64,000 nt of DNA from Leucoraja ocellata (taxonomy: Eukaryota): contig JAWMAR010000048.1 in assembly GCA_036785375.1 (NCBI GenBank), positions 7,626,001 through 7,690,000 of the forward strand, given 5' to 3'. The notes beneath the pieces were generated by a model, which saw nothing but the letters and a program-made list of their open reading frames with translations, made no database searches and had not been told where the DNA came from. Position numbers and translations under genes: made by a program. Below, one piece after another: positions 24,323 to 38,215 of the stretch (position 1 is its first letter; every line of letters begins with the position of its first letter).

Positions 24323-25924
24323 CGCTAAGAGGAGCCAGATAAGAAAGCGAGCCAAAATAAATATCCTTCACCGACATAAAAACGTAAGCAGCAGAGGCTG
24401 AAGTATTTCATACGGTCCTTTAAGAGTGCTTTCACATTCATAAATAATAGCATGCTGATCCTGTGCTTCAGTTCTTTGCTATCCAATCACTATTTCCTTT
24501 GATTCACAAAGCCCAAATATTGATTGGGCTTGGGTTTGGATATAGGTACTCAACGACTGAGCATTGATTGCCCCCTTTACATAAGAATGAAAGAAAAACA
24601 ATCAGGCACAGGCACTCTAACACCTCATGCCTGCTCTGCCATGCTAGAAGATTATGTCTGATCTTTTATCTTATTACAACTTTCCTGCCCTAACCATGGA
24701 TTTGCATAATATCCATAAATCTCTCAGCTGTTACTCAATATATACTTGGCAACTGAAACTCCACAACCGTCTTGCACCTATTTTCTATGTTTCTATGTCT
24801 TTGGTAGAGAATTTTGAGGACTGACTACAATCTAAGTTGTGAAATTTCTTCTCATCGCAAGCCTGAAAGGTTAACCATTTACTTTAAGACTCTATTCCAT
24901 CATTCTCGGAAATTATCTAGGGGAAACATTTCTGTATTTACCCTGGCATTGTTACATGGTTCAATAAGATCACCTCTCATTATGTTAGATTTTATATTTC
25001 ATAGGTCCATCTGCGTAATCTCTCTTCATGTTATATTTGTTACATTGATGTAGTTTTCAGGAGAATGAATAAAATGTATTTATGATTAGTCTACTTTAAA
25101 TAGATCTGACGATCAGCAGAGTTCAGATTTGACCCTTACTTTTCACGTAATCTTTCTCTTCTCTTCAAACCTATGTATTAACATGATGGTATTCAAATTC
25201 AGCATCAGCGTTCACTTATTACACAATTAAAATGAAAGATCAGAGTTTGAATAGTAATCACGAGGAACCAAAATGTAGCTTTGCTTCCACAAGGTCCCAG
25301 GAAACAAGATCTATTTTCTCAGATGCATCTCCTGCAAGCTATTATGAAAGGTACAATTCTGCATATTCGGAAGTATTCACTTAATTTTCAGGAAGTTACA
25401 AGATCATTCTCTTAATCAGCATTTTGAATTACATAGCTGAATATGATTATTAAACAAAAATATTATTTTGGATAGCTTTTAAAAAAATAACACAATCCAC
25501 ACGCTTTGACCTCACTTCCTTGCAGTGTAATTTGCAACATCAATTAAATTTTGGTTACAAATGGCAGAAAACCGATAGCTTATTCTGCTTTCTTATTTCT
25601 TATTTCGTCCAAACGGTATTGCTAATTTAAGTCTCACAACTAAATTAAAGGATTATAAAATGAAGGAGGTTTGTAAAATCTAGGATTAAAGCAACAATCT
25701 ACATAGGCACCCTAGTTCAATTAGACAGTCAGAAGAGGCATTAAGATCTTGCTTAATGTCCATCTGTTCAAGTAATTGAAGCAAAACTATACCATGGCAT
25801 AATTTGAACCACACAATGGATATCTTACATCCTTGAGGTCTTTTTTTAATAAATCTAGTGGTGTGGAAATTGGCTGCCATGTTTGCCTTTGCAACATGCC
25901 TACATTTCAATTCATTGGATCTCA

Positions 25925-26720
25925 AACAAAACACGGCGGGTCAGGTAGCATGTGTGGAGGGAATGGTCAGATAACATTTCAGGCTGGGACCCCTCTTCAA
26001 ACTGATTAGAGTAAAGGGCCTGTCCCACGAGCATGCGACCTGCATGCGACAAGTGCGACCAAACCGGAAGCGGGGGCCACGCGGAGGTCGAGTGATCCCC
26101 GTACAGGGCCGGTCCCACCAGCATGCGCCTGCATGCGGCGAGCGCCACCAAACCGGAAGCGGGGGCCACGCGGATGTCGAGTGAGTGACGTGAAGTTCGA
26201 ACGAAGTCCGTGGGAAGTTCACGCGTGATGTACGGCGTCAAGACGCTGCGTACGGCGTCGAGGCGGCTGCGAGCCAGCAGGCCGTTGAACACGGTCAGTT
26301 TTTGAACACGGTCAGTTTTTCGAAGATGTCGGAACCAGCTCCGCACAACTCCATATGGCTCCGGCGATCGAAGTGGGACCGGCCCCGCGAGGCCGTACGG
26401 CTCAAGCGACCACATTAGGTCGCGTTTGCCGCATGGAGTCGCATGCTCGTGGGACAGGCTCTTAAGGGATAGGGAGGGGGGGGAAGAAAGCTGGAAAATA
26501 GAGGTTGGGCCGGACAAAGCATGGCAAGTGATGGATAGAGGTGAGCGGAGGGCGATTGGCAGATGGGTGGTGAAAGTGACAACGACTATTGGTGAAAAGG
26601 AGACAAAAGGGTGTCAGATAAGGGCAGGATGGAAGTGGTGTGAGATCTAAAGCTGGAGGGAGGGATATGGGTGGGAGGGGATCAGGAAGAAGGGAGGTAA
26701 AACGGGAAAGGGAGGATTTA
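25925..26720 (-). mobile_element. Penelope pLTR-derived repeat, interrupted by a Harbinger MITE
   Basis: gcgggtcaggtagcat..acatttcaggctgggacccctcttcaaactga followed by a purine-rich tract like 48525-48800 and 62880-63075. Confidence 0.65.
26015..26462. mobile_element. PIF/Harbinger-type MITE
   Basis: 25-bp TIR AGGGCCTGTCCCACGAGCATGCGAC (1 mismatch); TAA TSD at 26012-26014 and 26463-26465; CpG-rich with internal repeats. Confidence 0.9.
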
Positions 26721-27308
26721 GAGATGGTTCCTTTAAACTCAGAGAGACTTACCTCTGGTTGTAATTTTTTGGTATTAAATTGTTTTAAGTATCAAATGCA
26801 ACAGAACAGGGACAATTATATTCATACTTGCAGCAATTTTAATGACACATGAAATTCAAAAACACGACAAGTAAACATATAATAAATTATAAGTAATTGT
26901 AGGTAAACCAGATCATGATAGTAGTGTAAGCCGAAGTATGTGGTGCAAATACCATAGTAGTTCGGTGCTGAGGTTAGTTGTGGTTGGGGTTGTGCAGGGT
27001 GGTTCAAGATCATGATAGTTGATGGGAAGAAGCTGTATTTGAACCTGGAGGTAACAGTTCTTCTTCCCAATGGTATCAGCAAGATGAGAGCATGGCTAGG
27101 GTGGCGTTGGTATTTGATGATATAAACTGCCTTCTTCAGCCAGCACTTCCTGTCGAACCTCACGATGAGTCTGAAACGTCACAAATTCCTTCTCTCCAGA
27201 GATGCTGTCTGCCCCACTGAGTTAATCCAGCTTGTTGTGTCTATTTTCCTGTGTGGCGATCAATACCCATGATGGACCAGGCAATGGTCATCATTTTGTG
27301 AAGCCTCC

Positions 27309-27388
27309 GCGAGCATTGCCACTTTCATTTCACTGCACATCTCGTATGTGTATGTGACAAATAAACTTGACTTGACTTGACTTGACTT
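27309..27388 (+). mobile_element. Short Rex1-type 3' tail
   Basis: gtgacaaataaa(CTTGA)n; matches 13538-13610 in reverse. Confidence 0.7.
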
Positions 27389-27779
27389 CATTCCTGAGTA
27401 CTCAAATTAGTACCAAACAAGACCAGGCTGCAAGCACCCAGTATGCTCTCCACCTTACACCGATGAAAGTTCAATAAAGTATTTGGCAACATGCCATATC
27501 TACTGAAGTAGAGGAGTTGGTTAGCTTCCTTTGTAATTCCATCAATGAGCTGGGCCCAGAATAATCGTCAGAGATGTGCATGCCCAGGAACCTAAATCTG
27601 TTGACACTCTACCTCCATCCCACTGATGAAGGCAAATGCATGGTTCTTTCATTTATCCTTCTTTAAATCAACAAACAACTTCCTGGTCTTGCTAATGTTG
27701 AGAGCAAGAGTGGTGTTCTGACACCACTCAACCAGATTATCGATCTCCGTCCGATACGCTGACTCATGGTTACCCATTA

Positions 27780-29313
27780 GGAAGTAGCTCCAGAAATAGT
27801 GGATGCATTAGTAATAATCTTTCAAAACTCTTTAGATTCTGGAGTAGTTCCTGAAGATTGGCGGGTAGCAAACGTAACCCCACTTTTTAAGAAGGGAGGG
27901 AGAGAGAAAATGGGGAATTACAGACCAGTTAGTCTAACATCGGTAGTGGGGAAACTGCTAGTCAGTTATTAAAGATGGGATAGCAGCACATTTGGAAAGT
28001 GGTGAAATCATTGGACAAAGTCAGCATGGATTTACGAAAGGTAAATCATGTCTGACGAATCTTATAGAATTTTTCGAGGATGTAACTTGTAGCGTGGATA
28101 GGGGAGAACCAGTGGATGTGGTGTATCTGGACTTCCAGAAGGCTTTCAACAAGGTCCCACATAAGAGATCAGTATACAAACTTAAAGCACAAGGCATTGG
28201 GGGTTCAGTATTGATGTGGATAGAGAACTGGCTGGCAAACAGGAAGCAAAGAGTAGGAGTAAACGGGTCCTTTTCACAATGGCAGGCAGTGACTAGTGGG
28301 GTACCGCAAGGCTCAGTGCTGGGACCCCAGCTATTTACAATATATATTAATGATCTGGATGAGGGAATTGAAGGCAATATCTCCAAGTTTGCGGATGACA
28401 CTAAGCTGGGGGCAGTGTTAGCTGTGAGGAGGATGCTAGGAGACTGCAAGGTGACTTGGATAGGCTGGGTGAGTGGGCAAATGTTTGGCAGATGCAGTAT
28501 AATGTGGATAAATGTGAGGTTATCCATTTTGGTGGCAAAAACGGGAAAACAGACTATTATCTAAATGGTGGCCGATTGGGAAAGGGGGAGATGCAGCGAG
28601 ACCTGGGTGTCATGGTACACCAGTCATTGAAGGTAGGCATGCAGGTGCAGCAGGCAGTAAAGAAAGCAAATGGTATGTTAGCTTTCATTGCAAAAGGATT
28701 TGAGTATAGGAGCAGGGAGGTTCTACTGCAGTTGTACAGGGTCTTGGTGAGACCACACCTGGAGTATTGCGTACAGTTTTGGTCTCCAAATCTGAGGAAG
28801 GACATTATTGCCATAGAGGGAGTGCAGAGACGGTTCACCAGACTGATTCCTGGGATGTCAGGACTGTCTTATGAAGAAAGACTGGATAGACTTGGTTTAT
28901 ACTCTCTAGAATTTAGGAGATTGAGAGGGGATCTTATAGAAACTTACAAAATTCTTAAGGGGTTGGACAGGCTAGATGCAGGAAGATTGTTCCCGATGTT
29001 AGGGAAGTCCAGGACAAGGGGTCACAGCTTAAGGATAAGGGGGAAATCCTTTAAAACCGAGATGAGAAGAACTTTTTTCACACAGAGTGGTGAATCTCTG
29101 GAACTCTCTGCCACAGAGGGTAGTTGAGGCCAGTTCATTGGCTATATTTAAGAGGGAGTTAGATGTGGCCCTTGTGGCTAAGGGGATCAGGGGGTATGGA
29201 GAGAAGGCAGGTACGGGATACTGAGATGGATGATCAGCCATGATCATATTGAATGGCGGTGCAGGCTCCAAGGGCCGAATGGCCTACTCCTGCACCTAAT
29301 TTCTATGTTTCTA
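27780..29313 (+). mobile_element. CR1 LINE, 5'-truncated, young (RT domain with few frameshifts)
   Basis: [60 protein letters not shown]; ttctatgt tail. Confidence 0.97.
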
Positions 29314-30959
29314 TTAACTGTCAACTGGAGTCATATGTAAAGATGGAGTTGGAGATGTGTCTGGCAACACAGTCATGGGTAGAGAGCGAGTAAAGCAGGA
29401 GACTGAGCACACAGCCCTGAGATGCCCCTGTGCTGATGGCCATGAAAGAGGGGGCATTGTTGCCAATTCATACTAATTGACATCTGCCATTGAGGCAATC
29501 GAGGATCCAATTCCAATAGGAAGAGCAGTGATCCAGTCAAAATTTGACAATAGGTTTGGAAGGCATGATGTTAATAATAATAATAATAATAATATTTATT
29601 TATATAGCACTTTTCAACAAAACCAGTATTTGAACCAAAGTTGTTGAAGGATGAGCTGCAGTTGATGAACAACAGATGTACATGTTCCTGTTGTCCAAGT
29701 TGTTTGGCAAAAAGACAAGAGCCAGCAAGGTCATGTCCACTGTTGGTCCATTGTGACAGTAGGCAAATTGAATTGTTCATGTGTATAGCGGCCATGTTTC
29801 ATGCGACCATTATTAAAACACTTCAGCAGACAGAGAAATTGAAGATTGTCCAATTGTGTTCTGTTAAAAAAAAGCTTTTCTCAATCTTTTTTAACTGTAA
29901 TAGAAACAGGAAGGGATAGATGCAAAAGCAGGTATGCTGCAAATGCTGATATGTTTCAAAAGAGCCTCAATATTGAGCTATAATCACAATCGCAACACTC
30001 CTTAACTTTCACTTTTTCTGCCTGAGAAAGCATGTCTGATTTGCAAATAGAAACGCTGTTGTAGCATTATTTATAGAACTGAATTTAGTCTGGGAAGTCA
30101 TCATTTATCACTCACCTGGGAGTAATAAATTCTTCCCATGCGTAAGCAAATCTTAGTGTCACAGCATAATTTAACATTTTTACATACTGTTACATTTACC
30201 TGTCTACTAAAATACGATATAACATTTCAACATGAAATTACAAACACACTGTAGATTTTGAAAAGGCATGCAAAAAAAAAGTTCCATCGCTGACTCTCAG
30301 GAGCAACATGTTGGCTACTGCCATCTGGTCTCGCACCTGTGTCTAAAATTCTAACGACATACTTGCAGTTAATGAATGAGGAGGATCCTGCTTTTACTCT
30401 CCTTTATAACGGCATTTGAAATTAGCCAATTCCACATTACTCAATGGTTGAATGGTTAGTTGAAGCGTCATGGCCCAGATTCATTTCCCAGAACACGATA
30501 ATGACTGGTCTCATGAGAAACGCCACAATTGTTTTCATTATCTGTGAACTTCTGAAGTTAGGCATGAGTCTGTCAGTGAAATCACCAATCAAAGGACTTT
30601 AGCCGAACCACAATCTGGTCACTTGCATCCGATTTGTATAAGTATGGCCAGCAAGATTTGGTACAAATTGGTACGTGGCTGAAACAGACATGATGGACCT
30701 AAGAGCCTCTTTAGGTGCCATAACCTTCAATGTTGAGAAAACAAATATCACTGTATTAAATCTGCACCATCAGGCAGAGATGAGTACATCTATTAAACAT
30801 GTAATTGACCCATATTACAAATTAATTCTTAGGTAATAAAGACAAAAATGTACCCTAAGATGTGGAGATTATATCATTTTGGTATCTCATCTTAAAAACA
30901 CTTCATCTATACAACACGGAATACCAGTTTCAGTATAAAAAGTGTTCATTTTAAATAGC

Positions 30960-31270
30960 AGCTTCAGCAAGTTCAGCCTGAATACCGATCACCAGGTTCA
31001 AAAACAGCTTCTTTCCAGCAACCTCAGGCTCTTGAACACAGCACACCACTAACCACAGCACCATGATCTTCAATGCACCATGTCCTACAACCTTTGGTTT
31101 TTGCGCTGTTATGGTTACCTAGAATTATGGTTTTTATTTTTTTATGGGATTTTTGAATATTATTTATGGTCTGTGTGTTATTGCATTTACAGGCCTGTTA
31201 AGCTACAGCAAGTAAGATTGTCATAGTTATTGTTGAAACATATGACAATTGTGCACTCTTGATTCTTAAT
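30960..31270 (+). mobile_element. Rex1-type 3' end (old)
   Basis: accaggttcaaaaacagcttctttcca..aggctcttgaac; ctcttgattctt tail. Confidence 0.7.
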
Positions 31271-32534
31271 ATCACAAAGCGCTTTATGGGCAGTGAAGCT
31301 GTTCTGTTCTGTATTCATGGCTATAACATAGGAAGCACAGTAGCCGATATGCACACAGTAAAACCGCACAGAAAACTTTGGCCTAACGAACAGATTCGGT
31401 GACCTCGATGATTATGACTGAAGAAGAAATATTCCGCAGTGACAGTTATCTGCTCAATTACTGCAGTGAGATGGAAACAGAAACCTTAAAACTCAGAACA
31501 CTGAAGCAAAAGGAGTAGAAATAAGGGCGTGTGGGGTGATGATCTTCCTGACATGCTTGACTTACTATTTATCTCACAATTGTAGGTTGTTTGAAAGGCA
31601 CGTTGCAAGCATATCTGTGGACAGACTCAGAAGTTCACTGATGCCTTACTAAGAGCAGCAAGATTGTGCAAGGACGTCATCTTTCTTATTGACGTGAGGA
31701 AGGTGGCTACAACCGATGTTAAGAGTCTGTTGGCTGGAAGTGGCTACATTGGTGAGCTGAAAGACTGAGATCCTATGCTCTTGGATTCAAGTGGTATTGT
31801 CAGAGCAGGAAAAAGGACGCTAGTGGCATATTCAGAAGTGCCATACACTTTGCCCTCTCAATGCTGCAGCTACACAACATCCAACATCACCTTTTGCAAG
31901 GCCACACATCTTTCTCACTGCCACCGTCAACAATCACTTTATTTACTTCCATCGATGAAAAAGAGATTCATATTGTTCCCTTCTTTCTTTACAAAAGATG
32001 ATGTATAACAGCAAGGCAGAGAGTGAGACATACTTCTTTAATAAAAAGCTAATATCTGCTAAAGAGGCAGCCAAGAAAGAAAAAATTAGAATGTGGCATT
32101 TGAAGACTGATAGATTGGCAGCATTCACTATCTTATGATAGATTTTAATATCCAACGAATTCCTTAGATACAATACACACATCTGGACTGGATATAAATG
32201 AGTAAAGATGTGTATAGATCTTTATACATTCTTAACTTTAAAGGTTCAATTAATACCTTCAACCTCCTAATTTTTTTTCAGGTTAAGTCTTTATCCATTC
32301 TGCAAATTGAGCAGCAGGAAGACAGCAGGAGCAACTTTTAAAGGCCATTGCTCACACTGAGGAAGCACCAACACAGGACTGAGCATCCATGAACGTAGGC
32401 TGGTATTTGGATGGAGGTTGAGAGGAAGGAGTGGAAATGATTGCCATGTGGGTGGAATTTTTCTCCTTCAAGAACCAGAGCTATAAATCCAGGAATTCAC
32501 TATTTCATGGTAATGTTGGAAAAGGTGTGTGTTA

Positions 32535-32941
32535 CATAGAAACATAGAAATTAGGTGCAGGAGTAGGCCATTCGGCCCTTCGAGCCTGCACCGCCATTGA
32601 ATATGATCATGGCTGATCATCCAACTCAGTATCCCGTACCTGCCTTCTCTCCATACCCCCTGATCCCCTTAGCCAGAAGGGCCACATCTAACTCCCTCTT
32701 AAATATAGCCAATGAACTGGCCTCAACTACCCTCTGTGGCAGAGAGTTCCAGAGATTCACCACTCTCTGTGTGAAAAAAGTTCTTCTCATCTCGGTTTTA
32801 AAGGATTTCCCCCTTATCCTTAAGCTGTGACCCCTTGTCCTGGACTTCCCCAACATCGGGAACAATCTTCCTGCATCTAGCCTGTCCAACCCCTTAAGAA
32901 TTTTGTAAGTTTCTATAAGATCCCCTCTCAATCTCCTAAAT
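32535..32941 (-). mobile_element. CR1 3' end, near-identical to 28910-29313
   Basis: Minus ORF RGDLIETYKILKGLDRLDAGRLFPMLGKSRTRGHSL is identical to the 27780 copy. Confidence 0.97.
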
Positions 32942-33535
32942 GTCCCATGTCTCTACATGTGGACAGCTAAGAAATCACGTGGCATTCGTGAAATAATCTC
33001 AAAAGGTAGAATTTGACAGCTATGCTCCAATCATTCTAACATCCAAAACAGAGCATGCCTACCATGTCCAGCAAGCAAAAGGGTTTGCTCAACAAAGGTC
33101 AATACATTTGCCAACACCTGACTCAACATCCTCTTCCTTGATGGTTGATCTATTGTAGATTTGAATGCCTACACACGGGATACATCCTATTGTGAGCTGC
33201 TCAAGTATCATGTGAGGTAAAGCTATGCGAGTCAGTAGCAGGTTGGCAATGATGCTGAAGATCATGTGGTCACTAACCCTCACCTCTGGATCTCACAGTA
33301 TTGCTGCATGACCATCTAACTTCTTCAAGCCTTGATAAAGATAGGCTGGCTGTAGGTTAAAAGGAATCCTCTCAAATTCCTGTACAAAGTCATCAAGGAA
33401 TAGACTACCACAACCATTGTGAACAAAGTATTTCCCAGATCAATTATAAATAGCAATGTATAATGCTATTAGATCGACAGCTTTTCAATCCCCATTCAAT
33501 ACTGCTCTTTTTGTTCAATGCATTTCACTGGCTGG

Positions 33536-33725
33536 TGATAGACAAAAGACAATAGGTACAGGAGTAGGCCATTTAATTCTTGGAGCCAGCACCGCCATTC
33601 AATGCGATCATGGCTGATCATGTACTCCATTCCTGGCTGATCATGTACCCCAATCAGTACCCCGTTCCTGACTTCTACCCATATCCCCTGACTCCGCTGT
33701 CTTTAAGAGCCCTATCTAGCTCTCT
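33536..33725 (-). mobile_element. CR1 3' UTR fragment
   Basis: gagccagcaccgccattcaatgcgatcatggctgatc; short internal duplication. Confidence 0.85.
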
Positions 33726-34465
33726 GATGCGAGAGCTCATTTGCTGTCTGTCCAACCTGTAGAAAATCTCCCAAAAATGCAATTAAAGTTGTTCTGAATA
33801 AGCAATAAGCCTAGTTAAATTAACAGCCCACTTCTCACCTGGAATTTCCTGAGCGCTGCCTGCCGTGGTTGGACTAAATGGAAACATCAGCAGATTTGCA
33901 TTGTGTTTCTGATTTACCAAATCCTTTGTTGGATTTAATCCCCGACTGATTTAAACCTATCTATTTGCACACTAATCTCTGCATCCCATCCCCTCCATTT
34001 CCAAACCTGAAACTGCCAGAAAGAAATCTGTAGTGGTTGCATTTTGCCCAAAAAACAGTAAGATCTGAATTAGAGAAAAGCAATGTACTTTTTTTTTCAT
34101 TTGTCATTCAAAAGTGTTTATGTTCTTTCCAGATCCAATAGCCCCCCGCAACCCTGTCACATTATTATTATACCTCTCCATCACTACTTATTCTGTTCTG
34201 TCAAGATTTTCACTATGCATTATTATTGTACATGCACCTCCAAATAAATACAAGTAAGCACCCTCTAAGAATTAAACCCAGCTGCTCCTGCTTACTCAAA
34301 AATGGTCAAAGATTCCCATAATAAACATATAAACATTTGCAGTCCAATGTGACACACAAAGTTACAATATTTGTTACGGTTAAAATTGTCCAAATAGTAA
34401 TAAAAAAGTACCCAAAACTTCACCCATTCCTTCTCTCCAGAGGTGCTGCCTGTCCCGCTGAGTTA

Positions 34466-35151
34466 AGGGGCTGTCCCACTGCGGCGACCTAATCTGCGAG
34501 TTTAGAAGAGTTATCCCTCGACTCAAACTCGCAGCATGGTCGACACATGGTCCTAGGAGGTCCTATGAACTCTCCTTCATGCTCTCCCGCATACTCGCGA
34601 CCTCAGTTTGGTCGAGAAATAATTTTCAGCATGTTGAAACATTTTTCGCGAGTAAAAATTGGTTGGCATGGTTCTTTTGAACTCGTAGTGCAATGCAGTG
34701 CAGTGGGGTCGCAATGTAGTTATAGGCAGACGATGGCAGCCGAAGGCATTCTCCTTCGCTGACCGGGCATTTTAATTGGCTCATTGGACTTTTCAGGATC
34801 AAGGAAAACCGACCGGTTATGTAAAATGCCTGCTATACTTTATTATAAGTTGTCTGGCTTCTTAAAAGTGTCTCCACTCCTTCTCCCCCCCCCCCCCCCC
34901 CCCACCCAGGCTCTCTAAAGGACTTATCGTACACTGTGCGGCCGTCTTTTACCTTCCTGTTCATCGCAGGTGTGAATTTCAGACAGCGCTCCCCCACTTT
35001 CCCTGGCCCCCGCCTTTGCGATGTGCGCGTATATGTGCGGTGGGTCGATCCAGCTCGCGGTTTCATCGCTGATGGTCGATCCAGCTCGAGGTTTATCGAG
35101 CTTGAAGGTCGAAGACAGTCGCTGAAAGGTCGCGACAGTGGGACAGGCCCT
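34466..35151. mobile_element. PIF/Harbinger-type MITE inserted in a Penelope terminal fragment
   Basis: TIR AGGGGCTGTCCCACTG / CAGTGGGACAGGCCCT; TTA TSD at 34463-34465 and 35152-35154; removal restores ccgctgagttactccagc. Confidence 0.9.
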
Positions 35152-35189
35152 TTACTCCAGCATTTTGTGTCTATCACTGGGACATTACC

Positions 35190-35575
35190 TGAAATTGAGG
35201 GATGTTGTCATTAAAAGGGATTCGATAGGCTGGGCATATTCCCACTGGAACATATGTGGATGAAGGATGAGCTTAGAGAGGTTTATAAAATTATTAGAGG
35301 GAAAGACAGTCAGAAGCCTTTTTACCCAGGGCAAGAGAGTTGAACTAAAAGACACACAGAGAGGGGACAAATTAAAGGAGATCTGGTGGTAAATATCTGG
35401 AACAAGCTGCCAGAGGAGGTGATGGAGGCAGATACAATTCCAATGTTTAAAAGGCATTTGGATAGGAAAATGTACCTGGCAATGTGCCCATTTTGGACAA
35501 ATGGGATAAGTGTAGCACATCATGGTCAGTATCGACAAGTGGGCCAAAAAAAGCCTTTTTCTGTGCTGAACATTT
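35190..35575 (+). mobile_element. CR1 3' fragment (old)
   Basis: VNIWNKLPEEVMEADTIPMFKRHLDR. Confidence 0.8.
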
Positions 35576-35879
35576 CTCTCATTCAATAAATAATTGATTT
35601 GCAGAATAACAGAAAACTTTCAGTATAGAAAGGCCATTTAAGTTAATCACATCCACGCATTCTCAATGCAAGAACAATCCAGTTTGCTCCACCCCATCCT
35701 TTTCTGCCCAATAATATTTATGCCCTTTTCCCCTCTGAATAATTAAATCACAATAGTTGTCATGTTAGTTCTGAAACTAAAATAAGGTTTTCAATATTTG
35801 CATCTAATATAAGGGAAAGGATGGTGTTCAATATAATATATTATTGTGTTTATTTTGCGTGGACAACAGTGACACCTCC

Positions 35880-36425
35880 CACTGTGTTCAGTTCTGGGCA
35901 CCATGTTATAGGAAGGATATTATGTTATAGGAAGGATATTGTCAAGCTTGAAAGGGTTCAGAAAAGATTTACGAGGATGTTGCCAGGATTAGAGGGTGTG
36001 AGCTATAGGGAGAGGTTGAGTAGGCTGGGTCTCTATTCCATGGAATGCAGGAGGATGAGGGGTGAGAGGAATAGATCGGGTAGATGCACAGAGTCTCTTG
36101 CCCAGAGTAGGGGAATCGAGGACCAGAGGACATAGGTTCAAGGTGAAGGGGAAAAGATTTAATAGAAATCTGAGGGGTAACTTTTTCACACAAAGGGTGG
36201 TGGGTGTATAGAACAAGCTTCCAGAAGAGGTAGTTGAGGCTGGGACTATCCCATCATTTAAGAAACAGTTAGACAAGTAATTGGATAGGGTAGGTTTGGA
36301 GTGATATGGACTGAACACAAGCAAGTGAGACTAGTGTAGCTGGGACATTGAGGACATCGTTGGGCGGTGTGGGCAAGTTGGGCTGAAAGGCCTGTTTCCA
36401 CACCATATCACTATGACTCTGACTC
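35880..36425 (+). mobile_element. CR1 3' fragment
   Basis: YRKDIVKLERVQKRFTRMLPGLEGVSYRERLSRLGLYS; tatgactctgactc tail. Confidence 0.9.
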
Positions 36426-36943
36426 TCACTCATTTCGTCTGTGAAAATACAGACGTCACAATTAATATAATATACACGCTGAGAAATTGTTCTTAAGGGG
36501 CTTATATCCATAATGACCCCAGGGAGCTGTTTCAGTAATTAAATGCAGATTTACTATTTCTGTACCTTGTAAAAGTGTGCATTCCGAACATTTATTTTGT
36601 ATCTGACAATGAGAAGCATGCTCCCTGGATGAATTGAACTCGCCAAATTACAGGCACCTAAGTTAGATACAATCCAACTCTTGCCTCCAATAGTCATTTT
36701 GGACTTTCTCTCTTCCGATCTCTGTACTCATTCCACATCCCCATCTCAAAGCAAATCTGCAAAAGTGTGAGAGTTGATGTTTAATTAATTGAGTGCACAA
36801 ATTATGCCAGTGGAATGAGATAAGGCAGGTACGATAACAACATTTAGAAGACATTTAGAAGGGTACATGGATATGGCAAAGATCTGCAGGACAAACCATC
36901 ATGCGCAAACCAGTCACAATGGCCGCGCATCTTCTGTGAACAC

Positions 36944-37079
36944 ATTTAAGAAAGAACTGCAGATGCTGGAAAAATCGAAGGTAGGCAAATATGCTGGAGA
37001 AACTCAGCGGGTGAGACATGCAAGGATAGCATAAGGCTGCCTCACCCGCTGAGTTTCTCCAGCATTTTTGTCTACCTTT
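36944..37079. mobile_element. Fold-back Penelope remnant with its centre deleted
   Basis: atgctggagaaactcagcgggtgag / ctcacccgctgagtttctccagcat; TSD TGTGAACAC at 36935-36943 and 37080-37088. Confidence 0.85.
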
Positions 37080-37089
37080 TGTGAACACG

Positions 37090-37217
37090 TGAAATGATGC
37101 CTGCAATCCGGATCGGGATGGGGGCGAGATCTATGTGTGCACGTTATAGATGTGGCCCGCCATCCGCTCACAGACTTGCGTCCCGGCCCCTATGCAGAAC
37201 AAGGTTGCCGACCCCTG
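37090..37217. mobile_element. hAT-Charlie-like element right end
   Basis: Ends AAGGTTGCCGACCCCTG; homologous to 56250-56349. Confidence 0.65.
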
Positions 37218-38104
37218 CATTATGCGCTTGCCAGAAACAGCAACATTCTATACAAAAATATAATTTACTCTGCCTTCATCTTTATATAAATATTTGATTG
37301 ATTGTTTGACAACAGTGGTGTTGCTCAGCATGATTTCAGAAAAATAAGACCTCAAATTCTTAACTGGATTTAAAAGAACCATTTCCAAGAGAACTTACTG
37401 CTGTGGATCAAGTTTCAGTCAAAACCTTACTTTACAGGGACCTTTCATGGTTTTAGAAGAAGTACTTGAATTACACTTTCATTATCTTAGTTAATGCTAT
37501 TGATCAACATTTATTTCACTGAAAAAATAACACTGCTTCCAATAAAATTGCATTAGGTTGTTTTAGCGACTTGTTCCCCAGAGATCTCAGTGGCACCAAT
37601 GTTAAAGGATAAAATTGGTTGCTCAATAAACTTGCTAACCTTTTTAATTTGGCAATTAGTACTCCTGCATTTGTTCAAGACCTCCCAACATACTAAAAAA
37701 ATAATTTAAAGCAGCATGTCTTTGGCATGCAGGGGATTAATCTTGAGACAGGGGTCCATTTGCTTCATATTGAAGGATTTTACAAATATAAGACTTAAAC
37801 GTTAAGGAAATGGGAAAAGAGGGCTCTTTACAAAAAGTGTCAATTAGGACATCAAGATATAAAAATATCTATTTTATTTGTGAAAGATATATATTCACTC
37901 TGGTTAGAATAATATGAAAATATATATCTAATGGCACAAAACTAAGTTATAGCCTGAAAACATGACAGAATCTTCTTTACATATCAACACCTAAACTAGA
38001 TTTTTAAATAGATTATATAACAATAATAGCAGCTTAAAATGATACCATAACAAGTGCAACAATTTATTTTCAGTAATAATACCAACAAAGAAAATGACAT
38101 TCAT

Positions 38105-38215
38105 TTGGTCTTTCAGTACGACTTGGATTGCCAACCGATGAAGTACTTTTAAAGTGTAATTACTTCTGTGATGTAACACACATGGCAATCAATTTGCACA
38201 GAGCATAGTTCCAGA
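38105..38215 (-). mobile_element. Deu-domain SINE 3' part (old)
   Basis: Reverse reads gtgcaaattgattgcc..ttacactttaaaagtacttcat, like the DeuSINE 3' region recalled from memory. Confidence 0.5.

Larger units (their letters stand above)
26820..29800 (-). mobile_element. Old Rex1/Babar LINE fragmented by later insertions
   Basis: Minus ORF SRFKYSFFPSTIMILN at 26822-27163; further Rex1-like pieces at about 27390-27770 and 29315-29800 (VHLLFINCSSSFN). Confidence 0.7.

Noticed and set aside
25912-26517. 201-aa minus-strand ORF
   Set aside because: Spans the Harbinger MITE and its internal repeats; no protein features
31586-31751. Exon-like segment bounded by ag and gtgagc
   Set aside because: Stops in all three frames from the acceptor; no recognisable protein
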